Both the position numbers and the translations under genes were made by a program. From Eledone cirrhosa (taxonomy: Eukaryota), in the NCBI GenBank assembly GCA_964016885.1, contig OZ024750.1, forward strand, positions 8,742,001-8,806,000: a stretch of 64,000 bases of DNA. Direction: 5' to 3'. Shown here in pieces: positions 14,339 through 27,980 of the stretch (position 1 is its first letter; each line of letters starts with the position of its first letter). Below the pieces are notes generated by a model. That model searched no databases. It saw only the letters and a program-made list of their open reading frames with translations, and had not been told where the DNA came from.

Positions 14339-14669
14339 ATGGAAGAAAGTGACGTCTCATACGCGGACGTTGATAATTATACTGACCAATTAACTCTTAT
14401 TTCCAGTGGAAATGGAAGCAATATATCAGAACAGCTAATAATTTATCCTTTGCTAAAACAACAACTACACAATATCATAATTTACTCAGTTGCTTATGGA
14501 ACAGTGTTTCTTTTTGCATTCATTGGTAACGTTTTTGTAATTGCCACTGTATTTCGAAACAGGAATATGCATACAGTAACAAACTATTTCCTTGTCAACC
14601 TTGCTGTGGCTGACATTTTAGTTGCTGTGTTTTGTTTACCGATGACACTTTTAGACAACCTATTTAGTG
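14339..14669 (+). CDS. First coding exon of a class A neuropeptide GPCR, NPFF/SIFamide receptor-like (N-terminus, TM1, TM2)
   Basis: N-glycosylation sequons NYT, NGS and NIS; TM1 GN motif; [35 protein letters not shown] matches the NPFFR/SIFaR TM2 pattern (LAxxD, TLLDN). Ends at a canonical G|GTAAGT donor (phase 1) just before the expected W of WxFG. Confidence 0.92.
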
Positions 14670-15312
14670 GTAAGTGAAAATATTGGTTATTCCATGATTT
14701 TCTTTCATTCCTGTTTTGTTTTGTTTTTTGTTTGTTTTTACTTTTACCTCCCTTTGTTGTAGAATCAGTAATGTCATAAAGTTACTTTTTCTCTTTTTGT
14801 TTTTTGTTTTTACATTTAGAGATATGTCATATTTTTGTCATATTAAAAATACATATAATCGTGATTATAATGATTATAACATGTTCGTGAATTCCTGCCA
14901 TTCTCTCGTTAATAAATTGTGTAGAATATCAATGACTAACAGAGCGTGGTTATGTTTGAATGCAAGAGGTTAATTTATGTGATCAATATCAATCTCTATT
15001 AATATTTTACATTTTGTTCTAACAATATTCTCGACAAGGGAGTCGCATCATTTCGGCAATCATTAATAATTTTCTGAAAAAGGAATTAAGTAATTATTTT
15101 AAAATAATATTTTTGACAAAATATTGATCTGGACACAGCTGTTTTTGACAAAATATAAAACAAAGTTTCTTTTATTCTGTTTGTCAATTTTGAAGTCATG
15201 TTTCATTTTCTGTATCATATCCAGATGCTGGAAAGCAATTACAGCGTTCGATTATCTCATTGAATTATGGGTTTCATTTAATAATAACTAGTTGTGTTAG
15301 TATCATTGTTTT

Positions 15313-15430
15313 AGTTATTTAGACTCTGGTCAGCTCTGATTAAGCTGGCCTACGATCAATGGCATTTCAGTCATGACCATCCCGTCTATTTAAGGATATA
15401 TATTTAGGACGGTTTATACAATGTAACTTC
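15313..15430 (+). mobile_element. Interspersed repeat fragment (related pieces at ~16655-16720 + and ~22700-22805 -)
   Basis: Shared ggtca..ctgat..cctatgatcaa..cattcc motif. Confidence 0.5.
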
Positions 15431-18400
15431 TTATTTATGATAGCAGGGTGTCCTTTGAAGGTGATTAACGAAGGCAAGAAACCACCTAAATGCTCTCTCG
15501 TTGACCCGTGTTTTATTGTATTTACATGGATTCAAGTATTCCTTTTCAGCGAAATCAAAACACAAAGAAATAATTTGAATTTTATATCTGCATGTATCTA
15601 CAAGATGCATAGCTTCACCTGAAACTTCTTTATTATTATTAGTTCCGTGAGATATTTCTACTGAAAATAGCTGAACTTTGCTATGCACATGAACGGTTAT
15701 TAAATCATGTTAGCTCATACATGAAATGTTTCCGCTATTAATCACCAATATTACTTTGTTTTTACATTTTCACGCATAACTTTTCAAATCAGAAACACTT
15801 TTTATGATAGTAACGGCATTATGATCAACATTGAGTCCAAACTGGAGTCATGTAACAGTCAAAGCCGTATAAGAATTGTTTGGTTTTCAAAAGCTTGTGA
15901 TATATTTTCCGTTATATATTTTCATTTTGTTTTATATAAAGCTCACACGGTATTACACGACGCCTCCACAGTTTGATAACAAACCATGAAACGATAGTGT
16001 TAGTTATCCAGATAACTTTATGAGTCATATGGGCACTACTGGATAGTTTAGTCTGGATAAGTACAATATATATCTGGATGAGAACAAATTGAAGGCGAGG
16101 TCATCGTGATTCCGATTATAATGAGGAAAAAAGAATTGACCTCAATGCTGAAAGCTTACGAAACACTTAAAAATGTATTATTCACGTTATCGCAGTAGAT
16201 ACCTACGATTTAGTATTTCAAAAATATCAGACTAAGTCATTAAAATTTAAATATTTTAGCAATGGACAGGCCGACCCACCATCTAGTCTCTTTACCATCA
16301 ACTATTAATATGATATAATGAAAAGATTAATGTCAGTAATTTAAAGCTATAATTTGTTTAGAAAAAGACATAATGAAAAATATTCAATTTACAAGAATTT
16401 CTTGACTTGATAATATTGATTAATTACATATATAGAAGAACATAAGATTTATTGGATGAAATATGCTATTATCGATGTAAAGAAATATGGGATTCTAATT
16501 AGAAATTAGACTTAAACTTTAGAATTAGAAATTGATTATTTTCTCTACAGAATGATGAAAACTTTCAGATGGGCACTTTCTTTCATGATATTGAATCCTG
16601 AAATTTTACACATTAGAACATAAATAGAATGTAACTTTGATTCAAATCTGGAAGGTGGTTTTGTTTAGTCTTAGGTCATTTCTGATCACTACAGCCTATG
16701 ATCAAAAGTCATTCCACGTCGTTTCGTTTTAATATTTTCTGACCTGGGAGCTAAACAAAAGGAAAACAAAAATGAATGTAACTCAATTCAGTTCACTATA
16801 AACATCACTAATGATAGCAGACCATTGGTGTAATCAAATGATTTGTCTAAATATATCTTCACGGTGGTCACTCAAGACTCCATTTTCTATTATCAATTGA
16901 AACATTTTATATCTACTGATTACCGGGGTCTGGAGACTCCTTATCAAACCACTCTTTTCCTCTCGTTATCGCGCTATTGTTACAGAGAAAGACATAAAAT
17001 TATTTCATTTCAATCTCTAATACAAAGGTGTGTGAGTGAGTGAGTGTGTGTTCGCGTGTGTGTGTGTATGTTTGTGAGCGAGTGAGTCTGTGTACGTGTC
17101 TGACTGGGTGCGTATGTTTGTATATATATATATATATGTATATATATATAAATATATATATTTATATGTGCGTGTGTGTGAGAGAGACAGATAGAGAAAG
17201 AGTGAGTGAGTGTGTATGTATGTTTGTATGTATATATATATATATGTGTGTGTATGGATTAAGTAAAATGTTTAGTAACTTTTGTTCTGAGTGATCATAT
17301 TCCAGCCTGAATATCATTTATCATATATTTGCTCTTCATATAATTCTTATCAGTAATCTATTTAAGAAACTCACATATTATCTCTCCTTAATATAATGAC
17401 ATGTCTACGTAATTTAAAATATCATTTCTTCCAATTGTTTTCGTTGAAGTGACGTTAGTAGATTTCATTGAAATTTTAAGACTACATTTTCTGCATTATA
17501 GTAAATATTTAATGGAACTTCAACGACAGGCTAGTTGTTGGAATATCCACTGATTTAGTGCGTACTATAACACATTGTGAAACATATATAACCCATTGTA
17601 TGCATGCATGATCTCGTAACTCCTGAGGGAGTCATAGGGGCACCGTATTGACATACGGAGTTTTTAAGGCATTGTTGTTTAACCTGGTGAAGCCCATCTC
17701 ATCTCCAGGTCTGAATAGAGCAGAATTTTTCCAGAAAAGGATAAAGAGTGAGAGAATGGAAGGGAAAAAAGTAATATAAAGGAATAATCAACCCCAATGC
17801 TAGACTGGTACTTTTTTTATCGACCTCAAATGGATGAAAGACGAAGTTGACTTCGGCGGGATTTGAACTCAGAGAGCAGAGCCGAAACAAATATCGCAAA
17901 GTACTCTACCCAACGATATAACCCACATTTAGATTCCAGATTGATGCAGTCATCGAGACAGGGGTCAATGGCAGCAGCTAAATAAAATGATTAAATATTT
18001 TACAATCTGCCGGAAATAACACATCATACTTACTATTGGCATTTTATCAATAATATATTGCTTGGAGTCGAAAGGATTTCTTTCAGATTTTGCCATTTTG
18101 TTATCGATTCCACCCCTTCTTCTTCAGAACCGCAAGGGAATTGTTTTGGCTTTAATCATTCTACATTTAAATTGGAATCTAAGTTCTTATTTAAGGATTT
18201 AAATAACATTGTAGAAGATTTATCTCAGCTGTTCAAAACACTCAGAAAAAATATTAAATTTGGTTTTGATTTAATATTTATTTCTTACCAATGACATGTT
18301 TCACACCAAAAAATAAATGGTGTGTGTGTGTGTTATGGCTATAGTGTCTGTTCCCACTATCTTGCTATCTCCCATTGTCTTTTTTATCTCTATTATATGA

Positions 18401-18983
18401 GTATTTGATGTGTAACACATTTCTTGCAAACACAATACATTTCCGCGATTAGTGATATGACACGTTTGTCTGTCTTTGGCTTCCTACATATGACCTCTTG
18501 TTCGATGTACACACACATACACTAACACACAAAAAGAAACACACATTCTCTCATCATTTCTCGTACACTTTTTATATCTGCTGACTGTGGGCCCTTTATG
18601 GAAATGATTTATGAAAATCCCTACTGTAACAATCCAGTGAACACTGTTTTTGCAATGCCCATGAAATATATTTTACCTCAAAGGGAAACTGTGCACTTCA
18701 GAGATGTTTAGATAAATTATATATTAGCTTTTCAAAGCTATTTGTCATGAAATCTAAATTTAATGTTTTCAAAACTTGATATATGGTAATATTTCTCTCG
18801 AAATAATTCATAGTTCTATCATGTATTTTTGTAGAGTCCTTGAAAACGGAATAAAACGAGTTTATTGTCCTTTTAGATACAAATGCACAATTGAATACAA
18901 AGGGCCAGAAAATATATATGTTTAAAAAAAAACATTTAAATGAATAGATGACTGTGTCCTTTATGTTTGTTTTTATATATATA

Positions 18984-19047
<64 letters not shown>

Positions 19048-19053
<6 letters not shown>

Positions 19054-19535
19054 GGAAATATATTAGTTTAATGCTTGAAATAGCAGGAAAAGCGTCTTAA
19101 CGTTTCGGACTTCGGACATCAGTCCTTCATAAGAAGATAGTTAGAATTAGAAGATAAATAGACACTTGAACTAAAACCTGTTGAGAAAGTGACGTCTTCG
19201 TTCAATCATCTTACCAAAAGTTTAACATTATTTGTCTAAGCGGACAGTACTTGATTTAGGAGTCGCAGAAACCCAAATGCTGGATTTTACCAACCATCCA
19301 GGGGTCCGGGTAAATTTTTCAATCACATTTTTTTTATTTGTTTGACCCGAATTACTTGGTCGTTTCTATGGCTGTGCAGATAATGGTTTAACCATCGTCT
19401 CGGTGTGTTTGGCCTTTTAACGTATGTTGTAGCTCTGGTTCGTTAGAATTTATTGAGCGCTTGCCACACATCTCGGAAGTTGTTTTTCGCTAATTTCCAA
19501 TAGCCGAAATACGATTCTCGCTAATTTATATTTGT
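19048..19535 (-). mobile_element. Penelope-like pLTR fragment in (TA)n with degenerate hammerhead (19095-19137)
   Basis: Minus strand reads tctt-CTTATGA-a-ggact[9]agtcc-GAAAC-GTT-aaga, with stems I and II pairing. Bounded on both sides by TA runs. Confidence 0.65.
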
Positions 19536-21298
19536 GTGTATATATATATATATACAGAGAGAAATAGAGTGAGAGAGAGAGTGAGATCATTGCATGGGGT
19601 TAATGTTCTGAAGATGTATTTAAGATAATATGGATAACAATTGTAAATAAAAAAAAGATTTTCTGTACTTTATTTTTTAGTTAGAGAAACGCCTTTGTGG
19701 TAGTTGTTTCCCTTCTTGACATGAAATTTATTACGAATTTTAATTGTCTTTTTCTTATTTCGAAATAGAATCTTACATTTTAGCGTCACACGTAATTATG
19801 TCTCATTACATACAGTTTGGGAATCACTGAACTAGAATATCATGCGTTCGTAGTCAATTATACAAAAATTATTCGCCATTAATGTGGAAATTATAGCTAG
19901 TGTGCATAAGAAATATACATCGTTTCGCCATAAAGAGACGAGAAATGCAGCTTAAGTAAAACACTTTATATATAAAACGTTTTGAAAGAGTGAATTTCAT
20001 GTATTACAATACATATTACTATACCAAGATGAGGAGGTAGATGTTAAGTGACTTTCACCGATGATATGAACATTTTTGTACAACTGGTTTAAATGAAGAA
20101 ATAGTCATGTGTAAAATGTGGAATATGGTGTCATAGAGTGCCATGATGAATGGCTGATCGACGTGACGGTCCATGATTGAATGAGTGTTCGATGTCACGG
20201 TGGTTTTGAAAATGAGAAATTGAGTATTGGCAGAAAAAGACAAGGAAATATATTATAAGCCTTTCGTTACTAAGATAGATCATTGTTCTGAGTTCAATCT
20301 CAGCCAAAGCTGACTTTGCCTTTTATCGATAAAATAAGCATAACTAGTTGTTTTAATTATACGGATTACATAAGCCCCAACCAGTTTGTTTGGTCTTGTG
20401 ACTGTTAGTTACAATTAATATCATTTGTATTGGCAATATTCATGGATAAGTGTTTGACACCATTTATACTCTGCCGTCCAATTCAATATTGTTTCAGTGC
20501 TTTTAATGTTGTTTTTGATTGTGTCTTTCAATTGCTGAGTAGATTAAACATATACATACACACGGAGAGAGAGAGAGAGATAGAGAGGGGGGGGGGGGGG
20601 GGCATATGCACAAACAGATGTTCATACAAACGCGCACACACTCATGCAGTGTAATATAGTATTATACTGGGCAATAGTATTGGCCTATCAACGACGTAGG
20701 CTGGCTTCCGAACAGCTTACCACCCACAAGGGTGACCTGAAGTCTCGGGAGAAGACATTCGCAAAATAAGCAGCTCAGTGGAACCTAAAATAATAGAAAC
20801 TGATTGTGGAGCAAACATCTTAACTAGACAGCCCTGTCTGCGCTAATAGAGGTCTGTGTAAAAATAGTGGATTTGATAGAAGTTATCCATTGGGAAATGA
20901 GAGAACATAAAATCATGTCGGAATCCTTGGCAAATAAATAAGTTAGGCAGCTTAAATATCACAGTCGATACAATTCTGAAGTGTATGGCTTGGTGGAAGG
21001 AAATGTTAAATTCCCCTGATTAGTTGCATATTTTATCTAGAAGAGATTTGAAAGTTGCTACTTTGCATGCTATGGATTGTTAAATCATTTATTGATATCA
21101 AGTAGAAGAATATTGGTATCGCCTGAGATATTCGTGACTAGCAAAAGGATATAGTTATTTTAAGGTGCCAGACAATTCGTAAAATTTACATCAAACAACC
21201 GCATAAAACCTATTTGCATTGATTCTTGTTCGGTGTAGAGTGTGTGCATTGTATAGTCATATGACAGTCATTGGTATTCGATAATTTGTTGTGATTAC

Positions 21299-21301
<3 letters not shown>

Positions 21302-21386
<85 letters not shown>
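21302..21386. repeat. (CT)n microsatellite
   Basis: Direct inspection. Confidence 0.95.
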
Positions 21387-21522
21387 GGATTGAAACATAT
21401 GAACAGCCTGATTCGAGTTTCGATCTTTGTTGAGAATCCAATCAAAAATTTGCAGACATCCTTCACTATCCACCAAGAAATACGCAGTCAAAGGCTTTAT
21501 ATACCGATCAAATATGACAGAG

Positions 21523-21557
<35 letters not shown>

Positions 21558-21560
<3 letters not shown>

Positions 21561-22198
21561 CGAAAAGTCAGTGATGCATCTGAACTCAATTTATTGTGTG
21601 TTATAATTGTTTCGCCGGCGGACAGCTCAAGGCGCGATCATTGTGTGGATCTGTCTGATTCTGGACCCGCAGGTTCGACGGACACGTCTAATGATTTCGG
21701 ACCATATTCTTCCACTGGGGTATTTGACCCTGTGGGGCCAGTACTGTCAAAAACTTCATCCTCTTCGCGCGTCCAGTGATTGGCCACTGGTTGCCAACGT
21801 TATCATAAATACTGACTACATAGATACCGACAGTGTGCGTGTGCGTGAGTGTGAGTGCGCGCGTGGATGTGTGGACTACCAAACACAGCAGTAATTCATC
21901 GAAGTGAAGCAGACATGCGACAGTGAAATAATACCTGTGGTCAGTATTTATGATGACGTAGGCAACCAGCGCCCAATCACTGGACGCGCGAAGAGGATGA
22001 AGTTTTTGACAGTACTGGCCCACAGGGTCAGATACACCAGTCGAAGAATATGCTCCGAAATCATTAGACGTGTCCGTCGAACCTACGGGTCCAGAATCAG
22101 ACAGATCCATACAATGATCGCGCCTCGAGCTGTCCGCCGGCGAAACAATTGTAACACACAATAAATTGAGTTCAGATGCATCACAGATTATTCGTTTT
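21558..22198. mobile_element. Fold-back element with ~260-bp inverted arms and ~110-bp spacer, inserted at (TA)n
   Basis: 21558-21820 is the near-identical reverse complement of 21936-22198. Each arm ends outward in cGAAACAATT(G/A)TA-acacac-AATAAA. Confidence 0.9.
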
Positions 22199-22284
22199 AT
22201 ATTATATCATACTCTGCTCTGTAAGAGCATAGAGTGCTCAACCGACATACCGCCTATGGAAGCATCTTAGCTACCATCCACAAC

Positions 22285-22331
22285 ACATACATACATACAT
22301 ACATACATACATACATACATACATACATACA

Positions 22332-22360
<29 letters not shown>
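22285..22360. repeat. (ATAC)n microsatellite
   Basis: Direct inspection. Confidence 0.95.
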
Positions 22361-22362
<2 letters not shown>

Positions 22363-23057
22363 GTTTTGAAACAGCGAGCGAGTTTTGAAATGAGAAATAG
22401 AAGCGCTCGCCGTATTTTTTACTAAAGATGAGTATTGACGTACATGTACATCTATAATCATCTTTTTCGATTTCCTAGAGGGTTCTAAAGCCCACTATCA
22501 GGCTAAAATTTCTTTAGTCATATATAAATGTATACACCGTTTGGCATAAGTATAGTTCCTGCGGTAGTATTAAACTATGCACTAATCAGCAGAAGTATAT
22601 TATTAATTCATATATGTAAAAACATGCAAACACATGTGTGTATATTTAGGCATGTAATTGTGTCTTATCTACGTATGTTACCCAGATATCAAAGGACGCG
22701 TTGAATAATTGAAGTTGATTTAGGTACTAAAAGACAGGGTAGCAATTGAGAGGACGTCTTTGATCATACGTTCATCCTATTGCAATTGACCTGGTATTAA
22801 AGAACAACAAAAACAGTATCGTCAACATCAAAGGCTAAGCCACCCAGTTATTTGACAAAATCTCGTCAGTTAACACATTCCTTGTGAAGGCTTTTACTAA
22901 CCTTGATAGAGTCGGATGGATAGCTGCATCTCATTATTGCACAAATGTCATATCGACTAAACGAGAGAAAATCTATCTCATCACTCCACCTGTTAGAAAT
23001 AACAACCCTTAAATTTCAATATATTTATTTAAGAGGACATGCTTGATATTGTTGAGT

Positions 23058-23278
23058 TGGTGAATTGGCAGAGTCATTAGTTGGATAGAATGTTTTGTAG
23101 GATTTGTTTCAACTTTTTCTGAATTCAAATACATCCGAGGTCAACTTTGCCTTTCATCCTTACGGGTTCGATAAAATAAAGCACCAGTAATGCACAGGGG
23201 TCGATTTAATCGACTGTCCACCCACCCCCACCCCCACCCCAAATTGCTGGCCTTTTGCCTAAAGTAGAAATCATTATT
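23058..23278 (+). mobile_element. tRNA-derived SINE family A (older copy)
   Basis: gaggtcaactttgcctttcatccttacggg core and gcctaaagtagaaatcattatt tail. Confidence 0.85.
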
Positions 23279-23689
23279 AACTCTCTCAGAAGTTTTGATT
23301 TTTTTTTTTCAATATTTTGAAAACAATAGTCTGTGTTTCATTGTGAATATGTTAAGAAAATGTTTAAATATAGATATTTAGTTTATAGACAATTCGATTA
23401 CCCTACAACAGTCGCAATCATATCAAATACGACACCAATACTCTTGACAATAGTTCGGTTGATCCATCAAATATAATCACAAAGTTAATCAGAATTGATT
23501 ATTTGTCATGTTGTCAATAACAGACTGACATGGCGATCAGAATATTAGTTTTCTTTCTTTATATAAGTAACCTTACAAGAGATATTAAATACCACATCTA
23601 ATCTACCAATGCTTTTGGGGATTAGAAATAGAATTAATTAATTGAGAAAAGGGATTAGCATGATATCAATATGATGCGCAATATCGAAT

Positions 23690-24215
23690 CGTTCTAGGTT
23701 GGGCAGTTTTCAACAAGAACAAGGAAGTACTAACATCAAAACGAGTTTCCTATCATTTGAAGGCTAAGATCTTTGATACTTACATCCTACCAGTAGTGTT
23801 ATATGGTCTTGACAGTGTTAATTGGACGACAAGGTCACTTCAGAAGTTCTCTACATTCCAGAACCACATCATGAGACTCATGACTGGCAAGCGGCTCAGC
23901 GACTGTATCTATATCAGTGAGCTGCTCAACTTTACCAAACTTAGACCAATTACATCAATTGTCAAGTCAAGAGAGTACTCAAACTATACGGTCATATATA
24001 GAGATCAATTCGTGGTGTGAGTAGGTTATGCCTGGAAGGAAGGTTGGCTGGTAAGAGAAGCAGAGGCCGGCACCCAAAACGATGGCTTGATGATGTCAAT
24101 TTATGGAGTGGACTTGATCTTTGCTTTTTGAACTCTGCTGCTGGTGATTGAACTTTGTGGAGAGAGATATCACATGTTAATGCGCAGTCTGAAACCGGCG
24201 GAGTTTAGCGTCACA
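23690..24215 (+). mobile_element. RTE-clade LINE 3' fragment, family 2
   Basis: KAKIFDTYILPVVLYG..W....LQKFSTFQNHIMRLM, then LEGRLAGKRSRGR.PKRW after a frameshift. Second copy at 62708-63102. Confidence 0.9.
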
Positions 24216-24371
24216 AGAATTTGATGCATGATTATTTAGATTCCTTTCATGATTTGATAGATATTGTCTTGTGAACAGAATGGGCAAACAGTGGACTATA
24301 CCTTCTTGAATTATACGAGGGTCATTTGAAAAGGTCATCGGCTGTATGTGTGTGATTGTGTAAATATGTAT

Positions 24372-24568
24372 TAGACCTGCCAACCTCTAAAATCCCAATC
24401 GAGGAGTACCATGAAAAACAATGCCCCAAAATGGGGAGAGATGAGGCAGAATGGGAGGTTTTTTTATATAATGAAAGCTGTACCCATTTTCACAAGAGAA
24501 GACATCTCTCACCCACCCTAAATTGGGTGGGAGATCTCCCCGTCAGACGGAGAGAATTGACAAGTCTG
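24372..24568. mobile_element. Possible hAT-type MITE
   Basis: Imperfect TIRs agacctgccaacctct / agagaattgacaagtct; TSD unclear within TA/TG repeats. Confidence 0.4.
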
Positions 24569-25729
24569 GTGTATGTATGTATTTGTATGTGTATTTTCCC
24601 ATATGCGTATTGTAAAATATGCCATGAATCATAAAATATAAAGAACAAAGTTTGTTTTTGTTTATTGTCTGTTTGTTTTTTTTACTAAAATCGATTTATT
24701 TTAGTCACAATATCTAAGATATTTCAAGTGAAGAAAAGGATCTATTCCTTGGTCTGTATCTGTTCAAGAAAATACTAGAGATTTAAAAAGAAGTGATATT
24801 ACCACAGCCACAACGTCAGTTTATGCGGTTCCATATTTAGACATGTTTGGCGATTAACTCGTAATATCAAGTTGTGTGCCAATGCATATTCAAAGCGACA
24901 TTAGCATTGCTATTTAATTATAATAAGCGCAACTCTGGAATGTATACTTGTTCGCCAAACTGAAATTGCACAAAAAAACATGAATAATTATAAAAGTATT
25001 GATCCATCAAATTAGGATTTAAAATACAGATCAAAGAGAGATATGATTCGTTTGGTGTTTGTTAGATCTGTAGTGTTTTCAGTACGTGATAAGCTAGTAA
25101 GATTTTCAATCCACTTAGTTGTTGGCATTCATAAATGTATAAACTAACAAGAGCTATTTAGATGTTGAAAATGACTTTGACATGTTGCTGCAATATAATA
25201 GATCGCTATATATCATTTGCTAAAATGTGACGTGCCGCCATTGTTCTTGAATTATAATTTATTCTAACATTGAAACCAAGGAAATCCGCCATGTGAAAGA
25301 TATCGACTGCTGTATAAAATAGCTTTATATCTTATACGCCGGTTACTATGAATAGAAATATGTCATAATCCTTTAATCCATATAATATAATAACGAGCAC
25401 TATAATTGCATTCTGCTTTAGTTATCAAACCACCTCGTAGTCTTCTTCTATTTCGTCGTCGTCGTGGTCTTCTTCTTCTTCTCGTTTTTTTTTCGTCGGT
25501 CCTGAGCCTGGTTCTGTTGTTCTGTGGAGATGGAGCCGGTCGTGATCGTGCTAGTAGTAGTAGTAATAGAAGTAGTAGTATTATAGTGCTTGTTCGGTAA
25601 AATGTGTACGGCTTTGTATGTTTTGTCTCTTTTTCTTTTTGTATACAAATGTATGTATGTACGTGTCTTTGTGTTTGTATATATGTATATGTGTGTGTTC
25701 TTCTGGTTTCATTATTTTAGAAATTTTTA

Positions 25730-25914
25730 GGGCGGTGGATTGGCAGTATCGGTAGAGAGTCGGATGCCATGCTTTCCAGTATAGTTACGTCCCTCTACGG
25801 TCTGAGTTCAAATCCCGCCGAGGTTCACTTTGCCTTTCATCCTTATAGGGTCGATAAAATAAAGTACCAGTAATGCACTGGGTAATAGCTGGCCTTGTGC
25901 CAAAAGTAGAAACA
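25730..25914 (+). mobile_element. SINE family A, full length, 18-bp TSD
   Basis: A-box-like tggcagtatcgg and B-box gagttcaaatcc. TSD attattttagaaattttt at 25711 and 25915. Confidence 0.92.
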
Positions 25915-25943
25915 ATTATTTTAGAAATTTTTCCCAGAGCAAG

Positions 25944-26065
25944 TTTCTTCTTCTTCTTGAATGATTCGTGGGGGCACAGTCCTCAAATATTCCTTCCACC
26001 GGGTCCTGTCAGAAGCCACCGTCTCCAACAGATCCATCTTGCTCAGGGTCTACCTCTGGGTCTCT
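25944..26065 (-). mobile_element. RTE family 1 3' fragment
   Basis: (TTC)n followed by the reverse complement of the 2475-2740 sequence. Confidence 0.7.
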
Positions 26066-26728
26066 AAAAAAAAATAAATAGAAAGACCTCATATTATTGA
26101 ACTTTGCAATTCAAGGCTAATATATGTTTCCTTAGGAATCCAAATACGCAGAATTTACGGTTTTATGAATCTTTAATACCCTGTTTTGTTTCTGTCTTAG
26201 CTTCCTTGTTAATTACAAAAACCTATCCACTAATTACAGAATTTCTACATATTACGAGGCACAGTTCATTATGCTGGCAAAGATTATGCTGATAACGTGA
26301 ATAATATAAATACATAATGAACTCGGCCTTAACTATTTCCTGAGGTGATTTTTATCTCCAATAAGCATACACATCGAAATAAAAATAAGCGTCAAAACAT
26401 ACAAACAAACCATGGGAGCTGACAGGGATGTGTAGATACAAAGTGTTAGCTCTGTAAATCGCTTGTCGACTTAACGTTTTCCTCGCTTAGACGGAAACTT
26501 TGCAGAAGCCCGTCATATATGTGTGTGCATTTACATATACGTATATATATATATATATGTATATATATATTATATATATATATACTTATATATATGATAG
26601 AGGAGAGGTATAAAACAAAATCTAAAGTCTGTCTTAAACTCTGAAGCTTATCAGGTTGGTCTTTACAGAGGTTTCCTTAGCGTTAAGCTGCTGAGAGTAC
26701 ATACAATACACCCTCCTGGAAAGGACGC

Positions 26729-26850
26729 GATGATGATGACGGCGGTGATTATGATGATGATGATCATGATGACGGTGGTGGTGATGATGATGATGACGGC
26801 GGTGGTGATGATGACGATGGTGATTATGATGACGATGATAATGATGATGA
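26729..26850. repeat. (GAT/GGT)n degenerate trinucleotide repeat
   Basis: Direct inspection; source of the poly-His ORF. Confidence 0.9.
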
Positions 26851-27168
26851 AATACATATCCCCTGAGCCTAGCTGAATCTACTGTGCTATACACACATCG
26901 ATGTATGATATTCACATGACTTAATTCAAATGTGAGCTGGACAATAGACAAATGTTACAGTAAAATTTCTTTGTGTAATCGTATTATGTTCTATATATAT
27001 ATATATATATATATATTCCAGTTCAAGGGAATACTTTTTGTCTGAATTTGTTAACCAAATGGAATATAACGGAAGCATCCACAGATTATAATCTGCTAAT
27101 TAGCAGTATTTCTATTCCACACCGTAAATCAGGCACATATCGAGAGAGATAGTGGGTTGCGACTTCGC

Positions 27169-27207
<39 letters not shown>

Positions 27208-27215
27208 ATGTATAT

Positions 27216-27298
<83 letters not shown>

Positions 27299-27300
<2 letters not shown>

Positions 27301-27422
27301 AGGGAGTGTAAGTGTAACTTGGAGTTACTGTAGGTTCACCCGGGTGATCAGTGGCGAAACGCGTGTCACCAACCAATAAACGTAATGAAGAGTAACCAAT
27401 CGTCTTTGTTATCTTATTTCAC

Positions 27423-27423
<1 letters not shown>
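27299..27423 (+). mobile_element. Penelope-like pLTR fragment in (TA)n
   Basis: Palindrome tcacccgggtga, then GAAAC-GCGT-GTC-acc and AATAAA (27375). CTGANGA is absent. Confidence 0.5.
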
Positions 27424-27456
<33 letters not shown>

Positions 27457-27865
27457 TTGTTTTCTATTTTTCTCCTTTTGGTTTGGTAAAGCTACCACAC
27501 ATCACGTATCTACTCCCGCCTTTTCTGTTTAAGCACATTGGTTTGTTGCAGATTTTGTCTTTATTTATGTAATTCGCCACAGTGTTTCCTATTTCTCCCA
27601 GTATTGTTGTGTCATAATGTGTACTGGAATGAATAGTAAAACCACAATGAACTGAAACTATAGGGATTTCTCGAGACTTAACTGATGAGCGGCGGGGGCT
27701 GTGCGTTTTTCCATTTTTATTCCGTTGTCTTTGTTCTATGACAAAAAAACTTTAACTATCGATGACATATTCTTCTGTTTTAAACTCGTGGTGAACCGAG
27801 AATTATACTGTGCATATAGCTCTCACCTTATCAAATATAGTAGTGAAGTACTCCACTAAAATCAC

Positions 27866-27921
<56 letters not shown>

Positions 27922-27924
<3 letters not shown>

Positions 27925-27980
27925 CAAAAGAGTCAGGACCCCGACGGCTTAGCTCTGGCCGTTTCGACAGCTAGATCCGT
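27922..27980 (-). mobile_element. pLTR fragment of the 33651-34172 family in (TA)n
   Basis: aaaagagtcaggaccccgacggcttagctctggccgtttcgacagctagatcc matches 34064-34110. Confidence 0.85.

Noticed and set aside
24313-24334. tacgagggtcatttgaaaag mariner-like terminus
   Set aside because: No matching second TIR found.
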